A DNA stretch of 64,000 nucleotides from Calcarisporiella thermophila CBS 279.70. Taxonomy: Eukaryota > Fungi > Calcarisporiellomycota. Within the stretch, counting starts at the first letter, position 1; the number at the start of each line of letters is the position of its first letter. A program made the translations under genes and the position numbers. Shown in pieces: positions 1 to 11,703 of the stretch. The DNA lies in assembly GCF_041956535.1 (NCBI RefSeq), contig NW_027192204.1, positions 304,530 through 368,529 on the forward strand. The letters run 5' to 3'. The notes under the pieces are model-generated. The model searched no databases, was not told where the DNA came from, and saw only the letters and a list, made by a program, of their open reading frames with translations.

Positions 1-96
1 TATAATGCTCCGATAATGCTCCGAAATAGCAGGGCTTGAGGGATTACGTGGCTTGGTTGTCCTACTGCAGATATCTCGATACGATTCCAACAATTT

Positions 97-344
97 TGTC
101 ATAAACTAGAGCGATATAACTAGGGGATACTCGTGGAACATAGGTAAAACTATAGGTTTATTCAAGAACAAGGTGTGTATGTTGGAAGTTCTCATTAGAG
201 TGTTCCTTTTATACTATAAGATATAATAACTATATAACCTGTTAACTAATAAAGCTAATGAATACTGGTTTATAACTAGTTCCTAATTAATGTCGGAGCT
301 TGAATATCGTTGGGATAGCTTGATATGTGACTCGAGTTATGACA
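97..344 (-). mobile_element. Solo LTR-like element A (248 bp)
   Basis: Ends TGTCATAA (97-104) and TTATGACA (337-344) form a perfect 8-bp TG..CA inverted repeat. 4-bp direct repeat ATTT at 93-96 and 345-348. On the minus strand TATAAAA (213-207) precedes AATAAA (162-157), in U3-R-U5 order. Confidence 0.75.
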
Positions 345-496
345 ATTTTTTGTTACGGGCGAAAGGAGGTTTGTGTGGAGGGGTGTCCGGATCTTGATAA
401 AAATAAAGAATTTATCTTTATAATTCAGGGAATTGGTGAGGACAACAAGACAAAATAGATGGGTTTAAATAGGGATGGGAAATCAAGAAAATGACT

Positions 497-967
497 NNNN
501 NNNNNNNNNNNNNNNNNNNNNNNNNNNNNNNNNNNNNNNNNNNNNNNNNNNNNNNNNNNNNNNNNNNNNNNNNNNNNNNNNNNNNNNNNNNNNNNNNNNN
601 NNNNNNNNNNNNNNNNNNNNNNNNNNNNNNNNNNNNNNNNNNNNNNNNNNNNNNNNNNNNNNNNNNNNNNNNNNNNNNNNNNNNNNNNNNNNNNNNNNNN
701 NNNNNNNNNNNNNNNNNNNNNNNNNNNNNNNNNNNNNNNNNNNNNNNNNNNNNNNNNNNNNNNNNNNNNNNNNNNNNNNNNNNNNNNNNNNNNNNNNNNN
801 NNNNNNNNNNNNNNNNNNNNNNNNNNNNNNNNNNNNNNNNNNNNNNNNNNNNNNNNNNNNNNNNNNNNNNNNNNNNNNNNNNNNNNNNNNNNNNNNNNNN
901 NNNNNNNNNNNNNNNNNNNNNNNNNNNNNNNNNNNNNNNNNNNNNNNNNNNNNNNNNNNNNNNNNNN
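497..967. other. Assembly gap (N run)
   Basis: Run of N within element B. Confidence 1.
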
Positions 968-1137
968 GTCCTTGATCGATAGACTTTCAATCGATATGCG
1001 TGTATCGTAGTTGTCGTGAATAGCATGTACGTGAAACCGATGTAATCTTTTGTACTTATCGTAAGGGCAATCTTATCAATAATCAAGACTCAGCTTCTGA
1101 TCAAGTGGATAGCAGTCACAAACTAAGAGTAAGTGCT

Positions 1138-1217
1138 GATGGGGGAAGTGGGATTCGAACCCACGCCGTTCTCGTCGGCATCCCAGGGATAGTCCACTAC
1201 ACTAACCCTCCCCCATC
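1138..1217 (-). ncRNA. tRNA-like Pol III cassette (pseudo-tRNA, no valid anticodon arm)
   Basis: A box TAGTGTAGTGG (1204-1194) and B box GGTTCGAATCC (1161-1151), 32 nt apart. Perfect T arm GTGGG-TTCGAAT-CCCAC. Acceptor-like helix GATGGGGGAG/TTCCCCCATC. No pairing at the canonical anticodon stem. Confidence 0.7.
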
Positions 1218-1300
1218 TCACCTCCCGAGTATCTAAGTGACTGCTTATGTGACTTTCCGTACCAAAAGCCAATATCCTCGTAACATTTTTAAGAGTTCGA

Positions 1301-1374
1301 GTTTTCGTGGTGTAGTTGGTTATCACGTCTGTCTAACACACAGACGGTCTCCGGTTCGAATCCGGACGAAAACA
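1301..1374 (+). tRNA. tRNA-Val (anticodon AAC)
   Basis: Full cloverleaf: acceptor GTTTTCG/CGAAAAC, anticodon arm TCTGT-CTAACAC-ACAGA, T arm TCCGG-TTCGAAT-CCGGA, discriminator A. Confidence 0.97.
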
Positions 1375-1375
1375 A

Positions 1376-1383
1376 TTTTTTTT
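1376..1383 (+). terminator. Pol III oligo-T terminator of tRNA-Val
   Basis: T8 run immediately after the tRNA. Confidence 0.85.
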
Positions 1384-1539
1384 ATAAATTATTTTCAGAA
1401 TGATATCAAACACATTTTCCCTTTTTTTTATGAGCGAAGCTTTTTAAAAATGGTCCATAATTTTAACTATTTACTTAGTATAATAATAAAAGGAATCGTT
1501 TATATATTCTTTGAAACCTTATAGGTCAGTACACCGCTT

Positions 1540-2902
1540 TTACTTATTGTAGCCGCACTCCTCAAGTGCGGTTTTCACAGCATATAATACTTGCTCGATG
1601 TGCCCGCGATCCGGCTCCGTTACAGAGATATTCATGTGGCCAATTCGGAAGTATGATATCTGGGGTAAAAGTCCACCTGCGCAAACCACTCCGAATCTCG
1701 ACAATGCAGGAAGCAGCTCAGCAAGAGCCACACCCTCAGGCACATACACCGCAGTCATGGAGTTCGATGCGACCTCTAGGGACTTGGGCACTAGTTTAAG
1801 GCCAAGATCCGTAACGAAATTCTTTACCTTTGCGCTCACTTCGCGATGCTGAGCGAAACGTATGTCCATTTTGTTCTTGATGAGCTGTTTTAAGCTGACA
1901 TTAAGCGCAAAGATAAGCTGAACAGCGGGAGTAGCAAAGTAAGCTCCTTTACGAGACTCATAGGCTTGCATAATAGGAAGCCAGCGGGCCCAGGAGGAAT
2001 AGTAGCTGCGAATAGGCGTTTTACGATCACGGAACACTCCCTAGTTATAATTCCATTAGTATTGTCATATCATATGGTATCTTCATTGTAGCTTCAACTT
2101 TCAAGTACCATTGCTTGTTCACTAACGACCACGATAGACAACCCGGGTGGCACTCCAATTGCTTTCTGGCTTGCAGTCACTACAACATCCACATTCCAGT
2201 CATCCATGCGAAGCTCCTCGCTTCCCACGGAACAAACACCATCGACAATAACAAGGGTTTCGGGTGAAATTTCCTTTACCACTCGCGCAACTTCTTTCAC
2301 GTCAGATAGTACACCTGTCGAGGTATCCACATGTGTGACTGTGACAATCTTGTATTTGTCTGCGGCCAAGTGCTTCTTGAGATCTTCTGTGGTAGGTCGA
2401 GATCCAATCTCGGATTTAATTTGGGTCACCTTTGCACCAAATGTCTCCAAGCTATGTGTCATGATATAAAGTTATAACCAAAGAATGATCAGCAATCACG
2501 AATTGACATAGACATTCCAAAGCATCTAATTACCAAACGCTCAGGCCATCTCCGAAATATCCAGTATTTAGTACCAGAACTTTATCACCTTCCTCGATCA
2601 AATTGGCACCAACTTGCTCCCATCCAAGGGTCCCCGATCCAGCTAATACAAAGGGCTGTCCTCGCTCGGTGAAGAGAACCTCTCGAAGCATCGGAAAACA
2701 TTCACCAAATACTCCGATAAATTCGGGAGAAACATGCGAGGTTGCAGGGGTTCCCATGGCAGCGAGGACATCTTCGTGGAATTCCACAGGGCCTAACGTT
2801 TGCAAAAAAAAAGTGTTATAAAACTAAAGGCCAAAAGTGCTGCGAGGTATATCAGAATCACTAACCAGGAATCATACACAGTTTTCGGTCAGCTTGAATC
2901 AT
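1540..2902 (-). CDS. AGX1: Alanine--glyoxylate aminotransferase (PLP class V), 4 exons
   Basis: Spliced MIQADRKLCMIPGPVEF..., VTHVDTSTGV, IVDGVCSVG, TASQKAIGVPPGLS (PLP lysine), YFATPAVQLI, FRIGHM. Confidence 0.92.
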
Positions 2903-3878
2903 GATTTCTTGATTTCGATGGAAATGGAATTTAACGCGAGGTAGAAACGAAAGGAATTATTGGGCTTAATATTGGAGGAAGGGTGAGAACAAAGCAATTT
3001 GGATGGCGCATGTGCTTGTGCAACATTGATGCTACCTTACTCATTTCATGAATTCGAAGCATGAAAGATATCCCGTTTGGCATAAGATAAAATGCAAATT
3101 TAAGAAAGACTGAATCCAAATTGCAAAAGCGGTCGGGACAAGGGGGCGCGCATACTTGGTTGGATTATCTAATCTGACTAGAGATTGTGGCTGCATACTG
3201 AACAAAGAAAGGAAGAGCTATGGACCTTTATCGACCTGCTGCTTTGACTTATGCCGGGCGATTCCTTCTCACTTTGTTCAAGAGGCCCAACGGCTAGAGC
3301 AACATCAATGCCGAAGGCTGCATTAGTCATATCCCCTTATTCTTACGGAAAAGCATCCAACTTTGATAAATTGAGTTTAAAAATTTGGTGGCAAACCATG
3401 AAGAAGCAGTCACAAACTCTCTGAGTAGAAAGACATAGCTCAATAAGTTTAATGCTGAAGGTTGCTCATTACTTAATCTAGATTACTGTGATTTTTTCTA
3501 TTAAAATTCAGATAAAATCATAAAGGAGAGGGAAGGAAGTATATAAGAATAGTAAATAATAATATCGATAAAAGTCCATATATAGTCACCAGATAATGAA
3601 TGGAGTCCCAGTGAGACATAGCTGCAATAAAATTGCCCATAACACGATTAGAAGAAATAGGAGAGGAGCGAGGGAAGAGAAAATAGGGAGAATAGAGCTG
3701 AGATGGGCATGAAGGTATATGATATATAAAATTTTAAATAGAAAATAAGGCGAAAAGAAATTATCCATAAATACATTGGCAGAATATTATAATAAATAAT
3801 TGGATATCAAACTATTACGATAATCATAGGAATGGCTATAGCGAAGGGAAGGGGGTTAGTGAATTTGTAATATGGTAT

Positions 3879-4864
3879 TTAGCAATCCTGGATAACACTC
3901 ACATTTTCAAGGACATCTCTTTCTCGCATTAGTGCCCATTCTCCCGCCCCAACTCCAACACACTTCATTGACACAGCCTGCAGTATTCGCATACTTGCAG
4001 GGCTCACGTTTTCGTCCCGAGACGTAACAAACCGACATCCATGGGTGGGGAGCGGCTGCTGCTGTTCTTCCTGTATTCGCCACGGTGGCGTTGCCTCGAC
4101 CTGCCGGCGTCGCCATCGTTGTAAGCGCTCCTGGTCAAACTCCGAATCGATGGATTGTGTTGCGGATGAATATTGCGGGTACGCAGCACGCCAGCGTGCA
4201 TAGAATTGGCGGGGAGACGCAGTCTGCCGCCAACTACTATTATTCACCACACAATCTTCTTCGGCAGCAATGGCAGGAGAGAGTTCCAAGTCAAGGTCCT
4301 CGTCCTCCTCGCCAACCAAACCTTCATCATCGTCATCCTCATCCATGACAACAGGGGGCGATGAGAAGTAGCTTGCAGGAGGTGCCGGGGCAAGAGCCGC
4401 TGGCGGGGAAGAGAGGGGGAAACAGTCGAAGTCTTCGTGCAAAGGTGTGGGAGATGAGAGCTCGCGATACTCAGCCAGCGAGTATGAGCGGCGAAATGTG
4501 CGAGGGGTGCAGATGTTGTTGAATGGTCGGGTGGTTTGGCGTTGGTTGTCTAGTGTAGAGGGTATCTGTTTCGTGATTATTAGGAGATGCGCAGCGGATG
4601 TTAATTGTTTGATTAATATTCGATTTACCTGTGACCATGTGTTACGTTTTGGTATAAGTTTTGGGCTTGTAATCACCGTCTCAATGGTGAGGTCAGCATC
4701 TTTTGATCCTAACAAGCACAAAAATGGGGGATCATGATTATTAAGTGTAACGGATAAGAACGAGGGGACAATGCAATGGATTTACCATCGGTAGCTTTGC
4801 CCCAAACCGTTTCGAGCATCATACACGAATCACCCGCTAAGGTGAGTCTTCGTCGTTGAGTCAT
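3879..4864 (-). CDS. Hypothetical low-complexity protein, probably 2 introns
   Basis: MTQRRRLTLAG... joins the 280-aa ORF through a GT-AG intron. Coding-like composition, acidic tract, no recognised domain. Confidence 0.6.
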
Positions 4865-6155
4865 TTCCAGAATGTCGAATGATGGACGAAAGGAGTTCGA
4901 GTATAGAAATATATAATAAAAACCAAGAGAACCAAAGCCAAACACCTAACAATTCCAAAGACAAATGCCCAGCCCCCTTCTCGTTCGACTCTCTCTTCTT
5001 CTATTTCTTACACAAACAAAGAAAAGGAAGGAAGCAATAAAGGCCCAAGGCCGGTACTTTTAAATTCCTACCAACCTGCGCCGCTTACCGAATAAATGGG
5101 ATTTTTTTTTGGTGTCGATAGCGATTGGTAGGACAGAGTTTATTGTGCTTGTTGCGTTTTTCGCGGCTTCGGCCGAAAATCCTTTTCTCGAATGGTGGCA
5201 AGTTAGAAAGTTTTGTAATGTTCTGTGGCCTTTTTCATAGGCCCATTGGCCTTTGGTTTCCTTAGTCTATACACACTTTAGCAGAAAAGAATTTCTTTCG
5301 TTTTCTTCAATTAATTTTGGATGCTCAAAGCTTAGTTTGCCAGTCAAATATAGTGGGTCTAGACCAAGTATGCTAACAACCCTGCACCGTAAAGCAGGAA
5401 AACGCGATGATGTCATCCACAGAAATACACAACTACCAAGTTAGAGAATGCTCGTGGCTGGCTCCTGGTGCTCATATCTGTGCATGTGGTCATGCTAATC
5501 TACTGGAGACAACGATAATCAATGTGGTAAGCAGCTCAAGGTATATTAAAGCTTTTGAAGTGGCAAGTACCCTTCTCGTTATCATTCACATCTGACCAAC
5601 TGATTTGGGGTCAAAAACACGTTGTGTTCACCGATTAATCTGTTATCATACATGCATGGTCTGACATTGAGGTTTAGTCAGCTCACTATTACATATTATT
5701 ACGCGTTGAAGCAAGTTTCATGGTTAGCTTCAGAATGAACTCGGCAGGCAAATCTAATATTTACTTGGGTCCCCTACCCTATTATCTAAACCAAGCAATA
5801 GCCTGAATGTCATAGCCTCTAATATACCCCAAAAGAATATAACTCTTCTATTTTCCTAGAGAAACTTGAGTATATCCAGCGTTGCAGAGTAGAGCGATAG
5901 ATAAATAAATATAAGTAGCTATGTTAGTATTCACACGATCACCCAACATCATGTGTCAGTAGACTGAAGCTCACTCTGTGATGGATTCGCTCACATGAAT
6001 TATGATTAGAATTCAAAGAGTTATCTACACAACGTGTATTTAGGTCTAAGTGAGAGAAAAGAAATAAATAAAAATACTGCGCCACGAACAATTTATTTTA
6101 CCATCGTCGCGATCTACGCGATCCGCTTGACGCAATTACAGACTCACCAAGGAAT

Positions 6156-9100
6156 ATGGCACCTGCGGCCCAAGATCTACAGACAACCATTCCGCGGTAC
6201 GCACCAGCCGAGGAGGCCTCGCTGTCACGCGGCGTGCACCACCCGACGTTGGCTGAGATCCAATCCGATCCGATTTCACTTCTTGCCCAGAAGAAATGGC
6301 TCAAGAAGATGGATTGGAATCCAGCGGTGGTTGAACAGATCTACAAAGAACAGCTCGAGGCCACTAAATTTAATACTCGCAAAGTGATGCTTCTAGAGTT
6401 TAATCAGTATCTAGAAAAGGTTAGTTGAGATCGCTTTAGGGTGCTCTCTAAATTGGTTATCATTTCTAGTCCTTGAAATATTTAATGATATTGACATTGT
6501 TATGCTATTTTAGTTCTTATGGCCAAACTATGACCCCGAGACATCATCTCTTCCCCATATTCTATCGATTGTATTGATGATAAACGAGAAATTCAGGCAG
6601 CGCGTGCCTGCATGGGGTAATAGAATTGCTTCTTACTTGACTACGCAGTTTCCTCTAAATAACAGAAATCTTTCCTTTCCCATAGACTTTATTCAGACCG
6701 CTCCCGTTAATTTCTCTCGATTATTTTCTAATATCGTACGATTAACATTACCCTCTCATTCCCAAAATCTGACCCTTCAAACTCGCAAATTCCTCATTCT
6801 CTTCCTCGTCAATGCCTTTCAAAGTCTGGAGAATGTCGCAATCAGATCAGAATGCATGCGGTGAGATTCAATGTCATCCCCACAATTGAAAGCCCTGTTT
6901 CTGAAATCTATATTCCATATTAGACTGGTTTCTATAGCAACATGGGAATGCATCGTCCCGAAACGGAGAGAGCGGCTATTTAATGAAAATCCCTCGTTAC
7001 GTAAAGTTTGGAAGCATATCCAGAAAAAATATGACACTTCAGGTAGGATCCTTTATTATATATAACTGGCCAGGGGCGACTTACGAGTTTTCATATTAGA
7101 CGAAGCAACCCGGGAGAAACTTGATTTCGAACGAAAATGGCTAAGTAATTTACTGCGAGATTTTGTCCAGATCCTTTTTAGCATCGAGGATTCAAATGAG
7201 GGTAAGGGTTACTCTGATTTTTATGGATTTTTTTTTTCAAGTACATTTAATTTTTTTTTTCTCACTTCACCCACAGACACTGTGTTTTATTGCGAAAGAT
7301 TTGTCGAGCTCCTAATTGACCTCGAGGCTCAGCTACCAACACGACGCTATTTCAACACTCTATTAGATGACCATCAAATCCTCATTCTTTGCGAAAATGC
7401 TCCAATTCTCAAACATATGGATAAAAGGTATAACGAATGAACCGTAGCTTTCACGTATGCCCGCATTGTACTAATTCTGCAGTTTAGTTCTCTTCTCATG
7501 CAATTACTGGATATACTTCGCTTCTATGCCAAGTTTGAGATCAATGACTATCAAGGAACTGCCCTCACGCGAAATGATATGAGAGAGATCCACGAATCAA
7601 AATTGGTTGAACTCCAGGTACAAGTCTCTCTCTGCCCCAAGCTCAAAATGACTGGTTTTGACTGACGTTTGCCTTGGCTTAGCGCATTGCTTTCAAGCAT
7701 TTCCAACCAACCTTGAAGTCATTAGCCCTCTCCAATGTCGGGTCGATAGAGCAGCGTGACGAACTTCTGAATCATTTTAAGGAGCTTGAGGATTCTGAGC
7801 TCATGAAATTAGCCGAAATGCTTGGTGTGCGCACTGAGATAGTGCTCAATGATACCCGACTTGATGAACATCAGATCCTCTTGGACAGCTTAGTTGCACG
7901 CTTTGAAAAGCGAGTCAACCAGATTGACACAATTAACTCCATGCCGATTTATCCTGATGAGGTAGTATTTATTCCTAGAGTTTCCCGATGTGGTTCACCC
8001 CCTGACATTTTTTGATATCACATAGAATATGCTCTTCAACGATGTCCTCGTTAAGACGCAGTTCTATTCGGGCGACAGGCCTCTAGCCCTCCCAAAGCTA
8101 AACCTACAATTCCTTACCATCCATGACTATCTACTCCGCAATTTCAATCTCTTTCGCCTGGAGAGTGCTTATGAGATCCGACAAGATATTGAAGATGTTG
8201 TCAAGCGACTTGGGCCGCGTGTATCGGTCGATAACCGGACAGCATTTTCTGGTTGGGCACGGATGGCGGTGCCCATTACAGGATTTCAAGTGGTAGAGGT
8301 TGCGGGACCCAAAGTTGGAGAGAATAAGCCGGCTTATGTGAAGGCAGATATAACGCTTAATCTAGGGCGATATACGGATTCAATTCGTGCTGAATGGGAC
8401 GAGCTTCGACAGCATGACGTACTATTTTTATTAACCATTGAAGCCCATGCGGAAACGAGTGAGAAATACACCAGCGATATGGATTTCCGGTGAGTACCCC
8501 GAATCCACTGCGAGGCTGTTTCTCGGCACTTGAATTTAACCGAATTTCCTCTCTCGAATGAAGAAAACATTTCGGGATCAAGTACGTCCGCGGTTGTGAG
8601 ATGCGCGCGTTTATAGGCGATGATGGTAAACCCCTTGATGAGGGCGAGCCTCGAGACGAGAATGCCCTGATTGGATCGGTGCGGACCATCCGTGTCCATT
8701 TGGATCCGAACCAGTACAAGGTAATTGAGCTTGTGCAAGAGGATTCATTCGGTAGAGGATAATGACCATGCCCAAATATAGGCTGATATGGACCGACATC
8801 ACAAGGAGAAAAAAGAGAATGTCCATGAAACATTCAACTTGCTGTTGCGACGCAAACCCAAGGAAAACAACTTCAAATCTGTGTTGGAGACCATCCGTGA
8901 TCTAATGCAAAGCGAGCTGGTCATCCCCGACTGGCTGCATAACGTGTTCCTTGGGTATGGCGACCCCGGCAGCGCCCACTATTCACGTATCTCCAACCAG
9001 CCGAAGGAGCTCAACTTTCGAGACACCTTCCTGGACTACGAGCATCTGGTGGAAAGCTTCCCGAACTCTGTAAGTTTGACCGAGCGAAAGGGTTGCTTCT

Positions 9101-11451
9101 TCCACACATCGCACTAATCCAACTTTGATAATCCCACCCTCCAGGAAATAGTCCCTTCTCCCGAGTCTACTATACCCGTCCCTCCACCCCATATTCTTTC
9201 GTTCCCTCAGACATCTGAGGACCGCAAGACGTCCAAGAAGCGGAAAGCGAATGCTCAGCCCCCCGTGACCGATGGAGCCCACGCCAATAATAAACAGGTA
9301 GCGGTGCGCACCTATACCATGCCAAATATGGGCCCCTATCCCTTCAACAAACCAAAACAGAACTCGATCCGCTTCACCCCCGTTCAGATAGAGGCAATTC
9401 GTGCGGGAATGAGCCCTGGCTTGACGCTAATAGTAGGGCCGCCCGGCACTGGTAAGACGGACGTGGCAGTCCAGATCATCGCCAACATTTACCACAACAA
9501 CCCGGAGCAGCACACACTACTTATCACGCACAGCAACCAAGCCCTTAACCAACTTTTCGAGAAGATCATGGCGCTGGATATCGACGAGCGTCACCTCCTG
9601 CGACTTGGGCACGGAGAGGAGGAACTCAACACCGAGTTGAGCTTCAGCAAGTACGGAAGAGTTAATTCCTTCCTCGAGAAGCGGCTTGAACTTTTGGCAG
9701 AGGTGGATCGCCTCGCAAAATCACTGGACATCGGCGGAGCACATGGTTATACTTGCGAAACGGCAGGCTACTTTTTCCTGTACCACGTGCTTGCCCGATG
9801 GGAAAAGTACACGGAAAAGGTCAAGAACGGCCCAGAAGAGAGCTTGACGGCTGAGCTGGTACGAGACGAGTTCCCCTTTGGTAAGTGGTGTGGAATTGGT
9901 GATTGGTCATTTTTCACAACCAACTGATCCTGTCTTGTCCCCTTCTTTTTATAAAGCCGAGTATTTTGCCAACGCACCCCAGCCGCTTTTCCCGGCTGAG
10001 GCCTCTTATTTGGAGGCTCTCGAGATTGCAGAGGGCTGTTTCCGTCACATTAACCACATTTTCACGCAGTTGAATGAGATACGCGCATTTGAGCTGCTTC
10101 GAACTGGCCACGACCGCTCCAATTATCTCCTGACAAAAGAAGCGAAGATTATCGCCATGACATGCACCCATGCCGCCCTCAAACGGCGGGAGCTGACCGC
10201 ACTTGGATTCAAGTATGACAACGTCATTATGGAGGAGGCGGCCCAGATCCTTGAGGTGGAGACATTTGTCCCCCTGCTGCTGCAGGAACCGGACGGCGAC
10301 CACGAGGGGCGCAACCGCCTTAAGCGTGTGGTTCTCATCGGAGACCATAATCAGCTTCCCCCTGTGGTGAAGAACCTCGCGTTCCAGCAGTATGGCAACA
10401 TGGAACAGAGCATGTTTACGCGGTTTGTACGCCTTGGTGTGCCGCATATCCAGCTGGACAGACAGGGACGCGCACGATCGTCTATTGCGGGGCTCTACCG
10501 ATGGCGGTACAATGGGCTGGGCGATCTGCCGATCATCAAGGAGGCACCCGAGTATCAAAAGGCGAATGCTGGGTAATTTGATTGACACATTTGGCCCCGA
10601 TCTCCAAGAAGTACCTGACGGACTTTTACTGACTATTATAATCACAAAATAGATTTTCATTTGAATATCAGCTCATTAACGTCGAAGACTACAACGGTGC
10701 GGGGGAGAGCGAGCCCTCGCCCTATTTCTACCAGAATCTTGGCGAGGCGGAGTATGTGGTCGCACTCTACCAGTACATGCGGTTGTTGGGCTACCCGTCG
10801 GAAAAGATATCGATTTTGACGACCTACAATGGGCAGAAGGCTCTGATCCGCGACGTTCTTCAGCGGCGCTGCTCGTGGCATCCCCTCTTTGGATGGCCGG
10901 CCTGTGTGTCCACCGTGGACAAGTACCAGGGCCAGCAAAATGACTATGTGCTTCTGTCGCTAGTACGCACTAAAACCGTAGGGTATTTGCGCGATGTGAG
11001 ACGCTTGGTGGTCGCGCTATCGAGAGCAAGGCTGGGCCTGTATGTGTTTTGCCGGCGGGCGCTGTTTGAAAACTGCGTGGAGATGCGCGAGGCCTTTTCG
11101 CTGCTGGTGCAGCGCGGGGACAAGCTTTCCCTAAGGTTGGGCGAGATGTGGCCGACCGATCGCGCGGCCACCCCGGCTGACGCCGAAGAATTGCAGAAGG
11201 ATGAGCAGGGGGTGATCATGGAGGATGTCAAGCACATGGGAAGCTATATTCACCAGATGATTCAGGAGCAGCTGGAGCACGCCCGGCAGCTCCAGGAGGA
11301 GCGAGAGAGAGAGGAGCAACAGCGGGAATTGGACGCCATGGAGGAGCAGTCTGTCGAGCCGCAGACAGAGCAGGCCCTGGAGGGGACAGAGGAGCATAAC
11401 GAAGATGGGATGGATGAAGATAGAGCGAACGAGGACGAGGATATGGAGTAG
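6156..11451 (+). CDS. AQR: Intron-binding spliceosomal RNA helicase Aquarius (IBP160/Cwf11), about 14 exons
   Basis: [28 protein letters not shown], Walker [53 protein letters not shown]. Confidence 0.96.
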
Positions 11452-11703
11452 GCTCCCGTCGCCACACGATTTCTAGGTCTTTATGTTTCATTTTCCTTGA
11501 ACAAAACCCAGTTTGTTTGTTTTTATTTGCTGATTAATAAAATTAGGCATTGTTCAATCTTGATGAAATTAAGCAAAAGCAAAAGGGGGAGGGGAGCAGG
11601 GAGTAGAGAAAGCACATTTGTCTATATTACAGCTAAGAGTATATTGAACACCATCGTACAAGGAATAAGCGGCAGGGGGGGAGGGGGTGGGAGTCTCCAA
11701 TCA

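Larger units (their letters stand above)
351..1285 (-). mobile_element. LTR-like element B spanning the assembly gap, containing a tRNA-like cassette
   Basis: Ends TGTTACG (351-357) and CGTAACA (1279-1285) form a 7-bp TG..CA inverted repeat. TTTTT flanks both sides (346-350, 1286-1290). Minus-strand TATTTAAA at 471-464. The middle (497-967) is N, so true length is unknown. Confidence 0.65.

Noticed and set aside
2-23. Tandem 11-bp repeat ATAATGCTCCG x2
   Set aside because: At the window edge with only two copies. May belong to a further repeat but cannot be interpreted.
418-1086. ORF calls spanning the first N gap
   Set aside because: Artefacts of N runs translated as X
1138-1217. tRNA-Sec or a functional class II (Leu/Ser) tRNA
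   Set aside because: No TCA anticodon and no properly placed anticodon arm. Too short to hold D, anticodon and long variable arms.
4950-6100. Long intergenic region with a weak C/D-box-like pair
   Set aside because: C box imperfect, with no terminal stem or rRNA guide complementarity recognised
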